Source: an uncultured Clostridia bacterium
GTDB taxonomy: Bacteria > Bacillota > Clostridia > TANB77 > CAG-508
Length of the DNA stretch: 64,000 nucleotides
Reading direction: 5' to 3'
Assembly (NCBI GenBank): GCA_949482135.1
Contig: CASYFC010000010.1
Span: 4,264-68,263, forward strand
The notes under the pieces are model-generated. The model ran no database searches. It was not told the DNA's origin and saw nothing but the letters and a program-made list of their open reading frames with translations. Below are positions 50,948-60,442 of this stretch, piece by piece. Each line of letters begins with the position of its first letter. Position 1 is the first letter of the stretch. The position numbers and the translations under genes were made by a program.

Positions 50948-51088
50948 ATGTTAGATAAAAAGGAAAATGTTACTAAATATGGGGAACAAGTATGTTCAGA
51001 ATTTGCTTGGCTTCCACTTGATAAACAAAAAGAGAATGCTGAAAAATTTGCAAAAATAACGTCGAAAAAAAGTAATAATAATAAATAA
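50948..51088 (+). CDS. 46-aa small protein (not in ORF track)
   Basis: GAGGAG RBS; MLDKKENVTKYGEQVCSEFAWLPLDKQKENAEKFAKITSKKSNNNK*. Confidence 0.5.
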   Translation: MLDKKENVTKYGEQVCSEFAWLPLDKQKENAEKFAKITSKKSNNNK

Positions 51089-51167
51089 AACCTGACCACT
51101 AATTTTATAGACAAAGAAATAAATAAATGATAAAATGCTAATATAATAAAAATATGGGAGAAATTAT

Positions 51168-51851
51168 ATGATAGAAATTTTAGGAGAAATAGAACAAATG
51201 TTAGCTATTCAAGAAATTGAAACTTTTTTAAAATTAGTTTTAATAGTAATTTTATCAGGAATAGTTGGTTATGAACGTGAATCTTGGAATAAGCCAGCTG
51301 GTTTTAGAACTCATGTTTTAGTTGGAATAAGTGCTGTTTTAGTAATGATTTGCGGAGAGTATTTATCACAAAAAAGTGGTGCAGATCCAACAAGAATACC
51401 TGCTCAATTGTTATCTGGTATAGGTTTTTTAGGAGCGGGAACAATTTTAAGAGATGGATTTAATGTAAAAGGATTAACAACAGCGGCTGGATTACTTGCA
51501 ATTACATGTATAGGACTTTTTGTTGGTGCAGGTTATTATTTGGGTGCAATTATTGCAACAGCAGTTGTATATGTAGTTTTATCTTATTCACATAAGTTAT
51601 CAAGTAAACTGGAACATACAGATATACTAGATTTAAATATTTCTGCTAATAATCCAAAAGAAATTATAAAAGAACTAAATGAAATATTTAAATTAAGTAA
51701 TGTAGAAATTGTTAGATTAAAAGTAATTGAGAATGAAGATAGAGAAGACTATATAAGAGTTATTTTAAAGTATAAAGAAAATACAGATAAAAATGAAATT
51801 TTGTCAAAGATTATTGAAATAGATAGGGTAAAGGAAGTTGTAGAAGGATAG
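51168..51851 (+). CDS. MgtC/SapB family membrane protein
   Basis: GYERE..KPAGFRTH, GIGFLGAGTI, GLTTAA; ACT-like C-terminus. Confidence 0.93.
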   Translation: MIEILGEIEQMLAIQEIETFLKLVLIVILSGIVGYERESWNKPAGFRTHVLVGISAVLVMICGEYLSQKSGADPTRIPAQLLSGIGFLGAGTILRDGFNVKGLTTAAGLLAITCIGLFVGAGYYLGAIIATAVVYVVLSYSHKLSSKLEHTDILDLNISANNPKEIIKELNEIFKLSNVEIVRLKVIENEDREDYIRVILKYKENTDKNEILSKIIEIDRVKEVVEG

Positions 51852-51852
51852 A

Positions 51853-53097
51853 ATGAAAAGTGTTAGTGAATGCGCAAATTATTGTTTAAATTGTAAATTA
51901 AAACCATGTAGTTTAAAAGGATGTCCAATGCAAACTAAAATTCCAGAATTTATTATGGAAGTAAAAAATGAGAACTATGAAGAAGCATATAAATTGTTAC
52001 AAGAAAATAATGTTTTTTCTCATATTTGTAGTATTGTATGTCCACAAGAAGATCAATGTGAAGGAAGTTGTATAAGAGGCATAAAATCGGAACCAACTAA
52101 TATTGGAATATTAGAAAAATTTGTTAATGAGTGGGCTATTGAAAATAAAATAGAATATAAAATTAATAAAAATAAATCTAATGGAAAAAAAGTAGCTGTA
52201 ATAGGATCTGGACCAGCAGGACTTGAATGCAGTATAGAACTTTTGAAAGCTGGATTTGAAGTAGATATATTTGAAAAAGACGAAACCCCAGGTGGGATAC
52301 TAATTTATGGCATTCCTGATTTTAGATTATCTAAAGATATAGTAAGAGATATAGTAGATAAAATAAAATATTTAGGTGGAAAATTCTATAATAATAGAGC
52401 TTTAGGTATAGATTTTGATATAAAAGAATTATCGCAAAAATATGATGCTGTATTTATTGGAATTGGAGCAACAAAATCTTCTAAATACAAATTAACTGAT
52501 GAAGAAATGGCAGATATTTATGATTCAGATATTTTCCTAAGAGCTTATAGAGAAAATAAATATCCTAAAGATTTAGGAACGGTTGTAGTAATTGGTGGTG
52601 GAAATGTGGCTATGGATTGTAGTAGAGTGGCTGTTCGTATGGGAGCAAAAAATGTAAAAATTCTATATCGTAGAGATAGACAACATATGCCAGCAAGAGA
52701 GATAGAACTTGAAGAAGCAATTCAGGATGGTGCCCAATTTAAAGAATTAACAAGAGTAGAAAGCTGTAATATAGAAAATGGAAAAATTGTTAGCGTAAAT
52801 TGTGTAAAAACTGAAATAATTGATGGAAAAGCAATAGACAAAAATCCAATAGAAACTTTTATTGAAAAAGCTAATACTATTGTTTTTGCAATAGGATTAA
52901 AACCAGACAAAAATCTTATATTAGAAAATGGAATCGAACTTGATGATTGGGGTTATATAAAAATAGATGAAAACGGTAAAACAAATCTAGAAAATGTTTT
53001 TGCAGGAGGAGATAATACAGAAAGTAAGTCAACAGTTTGTAGAGCATTAGCAGCAGGAAAGAAAGCTGCTAATGGTATAATGAAATATTTGACATAA
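51853..53097 (+). CDS. GltD/SudA/NfnB-like Fe-S flavoprotein oxidoreductase
   Basis: CLNC..C..CP, CPQEDQCEGSC, GSGPAGL, YGIPDFRL, GGGNVAMD, FAGGD. Confidence 0.92.
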   Translation: MKSVSECANYCLNCKLKPCSLKGCPMQTKIPEFIMEVKNENYEEAYKLLQENNVFSHICSIVCPQEDQCEGSCIRGIKSEPTNIGILEKFVNEWAIENKIEYKINKNKSNGKKVAVIGSGPAGLECSIELLKAGFEVDIFEKDETPGGILIYGIPDFRLSKDIVRDIVDKIKYLGGKFYNNRALGIDFDIKELSQKYDAVFIGIGATKSSKYKLTDEEMADIYDSDIFLRAYRENKYPKDLGTVVVIGGGNVAMDCSRVAVRMGAKNVKILYRRDRQHMPAREIELEEAIQDGAQFKELTRVESCNIENGKIVSVNCVKTEIIDGKAIDKNPIETFIEKANTIVFAIGLKPDKNLILENGIELDDWGYIKIDENGKTNLENVFAGGDNTESKSTVCRALAAGKKAANGIMKYLT

Positions 53098-53138
53098 TAT
53101 TTTGGGGGCTAATATATTTTACAGGAGACGATGTATAA

Positions 53139-56100
53139 ATGAATTATAATATTGATAAGAATTTAGAAATGGATCAAATATTACAATTAACAGGAAATAT
53201 ATGTAATAGAGCAGATATCATATATAGAAATTATTCAAAAATGAAAGACTCTATTTCAAATTATGTTCAAAATAATGATACCAAAAATGTACAAAATATT
53301 TTGGAAACAATAGATGAAACAATGTTTATTGTAAAAAAGATGAAAAAATATGGTAATGAAATACTTACATCAATTAATACTGATGTAAGTAAAAATGATG
53401 TAATTTATCAAAAAATTGATTTATATAATAATTTCTTAAATAAAAATGAAAATCGTATACTATCAAATAGTTCTTTTATAAAAAGTATGATAGACAATAA
53501 CAATCAATTAGTTCAAAATACAGAATTAGTAAAATTTACTAAAAAAATAAAAGTAAAAACTGATGAAACAATAAAGCCAAAAGTGAATTTGCAATCTATA
53601 GTTGCAGAAAACGAATTAAATGCAGAAAATAATGTTGAGTATTCAGACTTATCAAGAAATATATCAATTTCTGAAGATGATAATCATTTTGAAGAAACTT
53701 ATCAAGAAAGCTATGAAGTTGAAAAGAAAAATAATCGCCAAATAGAAATTCAATTTAAGAAAAGTAAAAAAAATGAAGCAATAGAAAGCAAAATTTTAGT
53801 TAAAGATAAGGAAGAATTAATAGAAGAAAATCAAATATTAAGTGATTCAAATAAAGCGTTATTTGAAGAAAATGAAACTTTATTTAGTGAAAACGAGAGA
53901 CTTCTTAAAGAAAATGAAAAGCTTTCAAAAAGTAAAGAAAAAGTATTAAAAGAAAGACAAGTCTTAACAAGTAAAAATAGCGAATTGTCTAAAGATAAAG
54001 AAGAACTACAAAATGAAAAAGAAAAATTAGAAAATGAATATAATAAATTACTAACTCAAAATAAAGAATTACTTATTCAAAAAGAAGATTTATTCAAATT
54101 AAATAAATTATTAACAAAAGAAGTTCAAGAATTTGAATTGCCTTATAAAAACAAAATAGAGAAAATGGAAAAAGAATATGATAATGTAATTAGTGCAAAA
54201 AATAAATTGGAACAAAGTTGTGAATTATTAAAAAATGACACAGATAAATATAAAGATTTGAATGAATTACAAAAAAATGAAATAGATGATTTAATACAAG
54301 AAAAAAATGAATTATTAAATGATAAAAAAATACTAATAACTGAAATAGAAACATTAGAAGAAGAAATTGAAAATCTGAATAATGATAAATTAGAAGTTAT
54401 AAATGGAAATAAATTGTTAGAAGATAATAATGAGAAAATATTATTAGAAAATCAGGAATTAAAAAACGAAAATGAAAAGATAAATAGTGCTTATGATGTA
54501 TTAGCAGGAGAAAAAGAAGAAGTAGTAAATAAAAATGAAAATCTAAAAAAAGAAATAGAAGATTTAAATATTAATAAATTGGAATTGGAAAACAATAATA
54601 ATTTACTTGAACAGGAAAAAGAAAATTTAATATTAGAAAATCAAGAATTGAAAGTTACTATTGAAAATAAAGATACTGAGTATAATAAATTAGTAGAACA
54701 AAAAGAAGAATTAAATAGTGCATATAATGAGTTAGCTGAACAAAAAGAAGAATTAAGTAGTGCATATAATGAATTAATTGGAGAAAAAGAAGAATTAGAT
54801 ATTGCATACAATAAATTTGCAGAAGAAAAAACAGAATTAAAAAATGAAATCAAAACTTTACATAATAACAACTTAGAATTTTCAATTGCTAATAAATTAT
54901 TGAAACAAGAAAAAGAAGAACTAAATAATCAAAATGAAGAATTAAAACAAGATATAGAAAATTTATTATTAGAAACTCAAGATTTGAAAGGAATTATTGA
55001 AAATAAAGATACTGAGTATAATAAATTAGTAGAACAAAAAGAAAATCTAAATACTACATATAATGAATTAGTACTAAAAAATGAAGAGATGAATGCTATA
55101 TATAATGAATTAGTAGTACAAAAAGAAGAATTAAAACAAGAAAATGAAAGTCTATTATCAGAGAATCAAAACTTTAAAGATGCTATTAAAAGCAAAGAAA
55201 TTGAGTATGATAAATTATTAGAACAAAAAGAATGTTTAAATACTTCATATGATGAATTGGCAAGTCAAAAGAAAGAATTAACAACGATATATAATAAAAT
55301 ATTAAAACAAAAAGAAAAACTAACAAATGAAAAAGAGGAGTTAAAAAAAGAACTTAAAGATTTAAAAAATAACAATTTAGAATTTGTAAATATTAATAAA
55401 GTATTAGAGCAAGAAAAAGAAAAACTATTAGTAGAAATTCAAGAAATAAAAGAAACATCAGAAAAGAAAAATACTGAATATAATGAACTATCAGAACAAA
55501 AAGAAAATTTAAATACTATATACAATGATTTAGTAGAACAAAATAAAAAATTAAACATTACATATAATGAATTAGTAGAAAAAAAAGAAGGATTAAATAT
55601 TGTTTATAATACGTTAGTGGTTCAGAAAGAAAAATTAAATGATGCATATAATACACTAGTAGTACAGAAGGAAAAATTAAATGGTGCATATAATACATTA
55701 GTAGTACAGAAGGAAGAATTAAATAATGCATATAATACACTAGTAGAAGAGAAAAAAGAACTAAATAATGGATATAATACACTAGTAGAAGAGAAAGAAG
55801 AACTAAATAATGCATATAATACACTAGTAGAAGAGAAAGAAGAATTAAATAATAATTATAATAAAATATTAAAACAAAATGAAAAGTTAACAAATGAGAA
55901 AAAAGAATTAAAAAAAGAAATTAAAGAATTAAATAATAATAATTTAGAATCTATAAATGCAAAAAAAATATCAGAACAAGAAAAAGATGAACTAATAAAA
56001 TCATATAAAGCTCTAGAAGAAGTTTATCAAAATAAATTAACAGAATTGGAGATAAAGTATAATAAAATTATTACAGAGAAAGATAAAGTTGAAAAACCTG

Positions 56101-56531
56101 AAAAGAAGGTGCATTCAAGTAATACTATAAATAAATATAGTACAGAACTTAAGGATAATAATGTATTATTAATTTCTAGAAAAGATGGAATGGTTTATTT
56201 ACCATACAATATTCAAGAGATTATAGATTATAAAAAATATAATAAAGTAGATTTAAGCATAGAAGAAATAATAGATGAAAAATATATTATTCCAATTAGA
56301 TACTATAAAAATAAACAAAAAGCTAGATATGCAGAAACATATGATTTAATGAGAAATAAATCTAGAGAAAGTATTGCAAATTCTATAAAAACAGCTTATG
56401 AAATTTCTCAAAATGAAAAGATACATCCAGCTATAATAACTGCTTGTAAGAATAAAGATGAATTAGATACATATATTCTGTGCTTACAAAATAATAGTAA
56501 GTTTAAAATCTTTGATATAAAATACGAATAA
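53139..56531 (+). CDS. Long coiled-coil protein with 14-aa tandem repeats and globular C-terminal domain
   Basis: Heptad-rich E/K/N/L body; (Q/E)KEELNNAYNTLVx repeats. Confidence 0.85.
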   Translation: MNYNIDKNLEMDQILQLTGNICNRADIIYRNYSKMKDSISNYVQNNDTKNVQNILETIDETMFIVKKMKKYGNEILTSINTDVSKNDVIYQKIDLYNNFLNKNENRILSNSSFIKSMIDNNNQLVQNTELVKFTKKIKVKTDETIKPKVNLQSIVAENELNAENNVEYSDLSRNISISEDDNHFEETYQESYEVEKKNNRQIEIQFKKSKKNEAIESKILVKDKEELIEENQILSDSNKALFEENETLFSENERLLKENEKLSKSKEKVLKERQVLTSKNSELSKDKEELQNEKEKLENEYNKLLTQNKELLIQKEDLFKLNKLLTKEVQEFELPYKNKIEKMEKEYDNVISAKNKLEQSCELLKNDTDKYKDLNELQKNEIDDLIQEKNELLNDKKILITEIETLEEEIENLNNDKLEVINGNKLLEDNNEKILLENQELKNENEKINSAYDVLAGEKEEVVNKNENLKKEIEDLNINKLELENNNNLLEQEKENLILENQELKVTIENKDTEYNKLVEQKEELNSAYNELAEQKEELSSAYNELIGEKEELDIAYNKFAEEKTELKNEIKTLHNNNLEFSIANKLLKQEKEELNNQNEELKQDIENLLLETQDLKGIIENKDTEYNKLVEQKENLNTTYNELVLKNEEMNAIYNELVVQKEELKQENESLLSENQNFKDAIKSKEIEYDKLLEQKECLNTSYDELASQKKELTTIYNKILKQKEKLTNEKEELKKELKDLKNNNLEFVNINKVLEQEKEKLLVEIQEIKETSEKKNTEYNELSEQKENLNTIYNDLVEQNKKLNITYNELVEKKEGLNIVYNTLVVQKEKLNDAYNTLVVQKEKLNGAYNTLVVQKEELNNAYNTLVEEKKELNNGYNTLVEEKEELNNAYNTLVEEKEELNNNYNKILKQNEKLTNEKKELKKEIKELNNNNLESINAKKISEQEKDELIKSYKALEEVYQNKLTELEIKYNKIITEKDKVEKPEKKVHSSNTINKYSTELKDNNVLLISRKDGMVYLPYNIQEIIDYKKYNKVDLSIEEIIDEKYIIPIRYYKNKQKARYAETYDLMRNKSRESIANSIKTAYEISQNEKIHPAIITACKNKDELDTYILCLQNNSKFKIFDIKYE
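55605..55870 (+). repeat. 42-bp coding tandem repeat (~6 units)
   Basis: TATAATA starts at 55605, 55647, 55689, 55731, 55773, 55815, 55857. Confidence 0.9.
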
Positions 56532-56613
56532 TACATAAAAATTCCTCTGGTATGAACCAGAGGAGTTTTGTTTTGGACTCTTATTTAAGATTTTCCAAAT
56601 TGCTTTGTGTTTT

Positions 56614-58437
56614 TTAATAGGTAACTGAAGAATTGATATTTTTTATTTTGAGAATTGATGTGTTAAGGTCAGTTGCAAAGGAAATTTCCTTGTTGCAGAT
56701 TGGACGAACCAAATCGACCTGATGTGTTGCTAAGAGAACTATTCGTTTCATATCACGCTGTGTAAAATCATAAACGTACTGAATGCATTGTTTTGCAGTA
56801 TTATCATCTAAACGATTGAATGCTTCATCAAGCGCAATTACTTGATGTGTGGAATCCATTAGGTACAAAAGCTTTACAAGAGCCAATCGCTGTTGCTGAC
56901 CACTGGAGAATTGCTTAATTTTCCTTGACTGTAATAATTCAAAGACCATCTCAGAATCAGATAGATTAGCTAAGTTTAAATCTTTATCAGATTTAGCCAT
57001 TCTTAAAAATTCATAATATAAATTTAATCCACGTAAAATTTCACAGAGTTTGGTATGATTGATATCTCTTTTGCTATCATTACAAAGCGTTATTTCATTT
57101 AGTGCAAATCCGTTAACCATAGCTTTGTCTGTCTGATACGAAATTGAGGAAAGATAACCATTTTCACCATTACTGAAATATATCGGATTGTTGTGAATTC
57201 TAAGCTTTCCAGTAAGAAGCATCAGCAGAGTGCTTTTTCCACATCCAGTAGGTCCCTGAACTAAAGCAAAATCGCCCTTGCTTAAAACAAATGGTGTATC
57301 ATTTTTTAGCAGATAGCATTTTTTTGGATCTTGAGTTGCGAAAAAATGACTAACAGAAATCTCGTCTACATTGCTTTCAGAAAATTGCTTGTTACTCTCT
57401 TCTACATAAACATCATAGATGTTTTTAAAATCATCATATAATGCCTCAATGTCAATTTTATTATCTGCTAAAACTTCAAATTCATGAAGAATATTTCCGA
57501 TTTTAGCAAGAATAGTGCTATATACAGAAGATACTGCTACAACATTTAAAATAACTGACATATCAAGAGCTTGAGCGGTAAAAACTTTAAAAAGCAATAT
57601 TGCTATCATAAAACCAGATGCAATACAACTCCTTTGGATAAAAACACGATTTAATTTAAATCGTTCGGTTTTGCTAATTTCCACCTCTTTCATGAGAACT
57701 TTTTTGAATTCTTTGGCATGATAATCGAAATCGCTTTTTGATATGAAATCAACATTTTTCATTTCAGTAAATAGAACTTCTTTTATGCTTTCAGCTTCTT
57801 TTGATTGCTTGCGATAATTCTTTTTCAGCTGAATTCGTTTCTTTCCAAGAACAAAATATACTGCAATACAGATTATCAAAAGTGTCATGATGAATGCTGT
57901 TTGAACAGGATCGCTTTCATTAATTTCAACGATTATCATTCCAGCAATCATACCAACAAGAATAATACATTCAGATATTGTTTTTGGAAGACACCACCAG
58001 AAATTCCATACAGCACTTAAATACCAATTTGATTTTTGCATAATCTCGGCATTTTCCATCAGTGTTGATTTTCCATTATCCTTTTTGAACACTTTTGAAC
58101 GACACATGTTACAAATATTCATAACAATCTGAATTGTTTCAGTAGAATAAATCTGCCTAAATATGTCATTTTGTAAATCTGCATAAGTGGCATAAGATGT
58201 GTCAATAGTTCTTTGCCCAAAATACAATATGAGCATAAAGATCGATAAAGGAATCATACCAGCAGCCATAGCAGATTCTGCACCTTTTAAGGAAAAACTA
58301 AGAGCATCAAGAATTAATGTTGCCAAAATAGAGATAACAATAATTTTTCCTTTAAAGATCTTGATTTGCTGTGGTTGTTTCAAGATTGGAAAATTAATTT
58401 TTTTCCAGAATTCCCGGAAAGTTTCTTTGTTTGCCAT
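56614..58437 (-). CDS. Divergent fused ABC exporter (TMD + ATPase)
   Basis: GPTGCGKST, FSSGQQQR, IALDEA, ATH; N-terminal TM helices. Confidence 0.88.
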   Translation of the reverse strand: MANKETFREFWKKINFPILKQPQQIKIFKGKIIVISILATLILDALSFSLKGAESAMAAGMIPLSIFMLILYFGQRTIDTSYATYADLQNDIFRQIYSTETIQIVMNICNMCRSKVFKKDNGKSTLMENAEIMQKSNWYLSAVWNFWWCLPKTISECIILVGMIAGMIIVEINESDPVQTAFIMTLLIICIAVYFVLGKKRIQLKKNYRKQSKEAESIKEVLFTEMKNVDFISKSDFDYHAKEFKKVLMKEVEISKTERFKLNRVFIQRSCIASGFMIAILLFKVFTAQALDMSVILNVVAVSSVYSTILAKIGNILHEFEVLADNKIDIEALYDDFKNIYDVYVEESNKQFSESNVDEISVSHFFATQDPKKCYLLKNDTPFVLSKGDFALVQGPTGCGKSTLLMLLTGKLRIHNNPIYFSNGENGYLSSISYQTDKAMVNGFALNEITLCNDSKRDINHTKLCEILRGLNLYYEFLRMAKSDKDLNLANLSDSEMVFELLQSRKIKQFSSGQQQRLALVKLLYLMDSTHQVIALDEAFNRLDDNTAKQCIQYVYDFTQRDMKRIVLLATHQVDLVRPICNKEISFATDLNTSILKIKNINSSVTY

Positions 58438-58686
58438 AATGTATAACCTACCTCTCTAAAATATACTAAATGTCAATGTGCTACAAAGCATGTTATTTCC
58501 TAATAGGGAAAACTATTTACCTAAAAATATATAGAAAAACATGTTAACATAATTTTAACATAAATTGCGAGAAAAATCTATACATTTTAAAAGTTTACAT
58601 AATTGACTTGAACGTATAATTTTGCTATAATATAAAAGTAATAAAAATATGGAAACCAATAACGAAAACTTAAAGGAGGCTATAAT

Positions 58687-59502
58687 ATGCTTAGGCTGAA
58701 TGGTTATGAAATTGAGACGGAACGGTTTGCAAACAATGAGGCTCGTGTAAAGGATTTTGAAGGGCACATTTTGTTTGAAAGGGAAAATGTGCTGGAATTC
58801 AAGTACTTTAACGATGAGGATCTCATTTTATTAATGTTTGTAAAGAAGCGGATTGATGAATTTAATGTGCCATGCACACTCTTTATATGGTACATGTCGT
58901 ACAGCAGGATGGACAGAAAGATAGAAGGAGATTTATTCAATCTCAAGTATATCTGCAGTTATATAAATTGGCTCAACTTTGCAAAGATTATTGTAATGGA
59001 ACCTCATTCTGAGAAAACCTTGGAGTTACTAAAACGAGCTACGGCAGTTTTTCCTGTAAAAGATTGGATAAAACCTGAGAAAATTGGTAGTGGAGTCCAG
59101 ATTGTATTCCCTGATAAAGGTGCAGTTGCACGATACAGTGATTGTGGCTATCAAAATATCTGTGTTATGCAGAAAACCAGAAATCCTTTCAATGGTTGGA
59201 TTACAGATATGCATCTTAAGGAGGGGGATGTTATACCAGGCGCTAAATGCATCATTATCGACGATCTTTGTGCTACTGGCGGAACAATGTATAGGGCAGC
59301 TAATATCTTAAAGGAAAAAGGCGCGAGTGAAATTGTGCTTGTAGTTTCACATTGTGAACCAAAGGTGTTTGATGGAGACTTGTTAAAAGAAGGTTCACCT
59401 ATAAGCAGAATCTATACAAGCAAGTCGATTATGAGCATCGAACATCCCAAAATTCATTATATGGATATCGACGTGATGAAATACGTGAATCAAAATAGTT
59501 AA
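58687..59502 (+). CDS. Divergent ribose-phosphate pyrophosphokinase (PRS)-like protein
   Basis: FANNE, YSRMDR, EPHS, FPDKGA, K.R, IIDDLCATGGT, VSH. Confidence 0.85.
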   Translation: MLRLNGYEIETERFANNEARVKDFEGHILFERENVLEFKYFNDEDLILLMFVKKRIDEFNVPCTLFIWYMSYSRMDRKIEGDLFNLKYICSYINWLNFAKIIVMEPHSEKTLELLKRATAVFPVKDWIKPEKIGSGVQIVFPDKGAVARYSDCGYQNICVMQKTRNPFNGWITDMHLKEGDVIPGAKCIIIDDLCATGGTMYRAANILKEKGASEIVLVVSHCEPKVFDGDLLKEGSPISRIYTSKSIMSIEHPKIHYMDIDVMKYVNQNS

Positions 59503-59649
59503 TTTTTTGTTTTTTGGTTAGCTGGATTTATTAAATTAGGCTTATAAAAAGAGAAAAGTGGGGAAGGCGAATGCCTTCTCCACTTTTTATACAAATTGTA
59601 TTGACAAATTTATGTAAAGGATGTTATTATAATAATTATCAATAACTAA

Positions 59650-59910
59650 AAACTTTGAAAAGGACACGGTAAATAAAAGTAAAACCTTAAGAGAGCAAAC
59701 AATTTGGTGAAATGTTTGTAGGAAAATAGTTTATTTATTATCACCTTGGAGTTGATTATTTGAACATATTATATTATTAAAATAATCCGCATTGCTTTGC
59801 GTTAAAAAGAAAAGAGAATTGTTAAAATAAGTTTTATCAATTAAATTTAGGTGGTACCACGGAAAGTAAGTCATTTCGTCCTATTGTTGGATGGAATGAC
59901 TTTTTTGTTT
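59650..59910 (+). promoter_or_regulatory. T-box riboswitch, Ile specifier
   Basis: AGAGAG and GGTGAA stem I motifs, ATC at 59740-42, AATTTAGGTGGTACCACGG T-box, terminator AAGTCATT..AATGACTTTTTT. Confidence 0.92.
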
Positions 59911-59942
59911 ATAAAAATGAGTAGTAAAGGAGGAGTATCATT

Positions 59943-60428
59943 TTGAGAGAAGAAGTTTTGAACGAATTGCAAGAATTAAATATTGAATATAAAGAGGTTG
60001 AACATGTTCCTGTTTTTACAATTGAGGACATGGATAATTTAGGAAATATTTTTGAAGACGCAAAAATTTGTAAAAATTTATTTGTTAGAGATCAAAAAGG
60101 AAAAAGACATTTTTTAATAGTAATGCCAGAAGAAAAAAGAGCACCACTTAGTGAAATTGCAGAGAAGATTGGAAGTACTAAATTAAGTTTCGCATCAAAT
60201 GAAAGATTAATGAAATATTTAAAACTAACTCCAGGATCTGTAACTCCACTTGCTATCATTAATGATAAGGAAAATGCAGTTGAAGTCATTTTTGATGAAG
60301 AATTAAAAAATGAAAAATTATTAGGAGTTCATCCTTGTGTAAATACATCAACTGTTTTAATAACACCATCAAATTTAGAAAAATATGTAAAAGAACTTAA
60401 TAATAAATTAAAATATATTAAAATTTAA
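59943..60428 (+). CDS. YbaK/ProX-family aminoacyl-tRNA deacylase (ProXp-ala-like; TTG start)
   Basis: EH.PVFT, CKNLF, LSFAS, PGSVTP, HPCVNT. Confidence 0.9.
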   Translation: MREEVLNELQELNIEYKEVEHVPVFTIEDMDNLGNIFEDAKICKNLFVRDQKGKRHFLIVMPEEKRAPLSEIAEKIGSTKLSFASNERLMKYLKLTPGSVTPLAIINDKENAVEVIFDEELKNEKLLGVHPCVNTSTVLITPSNLEKYVKELNNKLKYIKI

Positions 60429-60442
60429 AAGGAGATATAATT

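Noticed and set aside
55605-55870. CRISPR array
   Set aside because: In-frame coding tandem repeats with no unique spacers; no cas genes in the window
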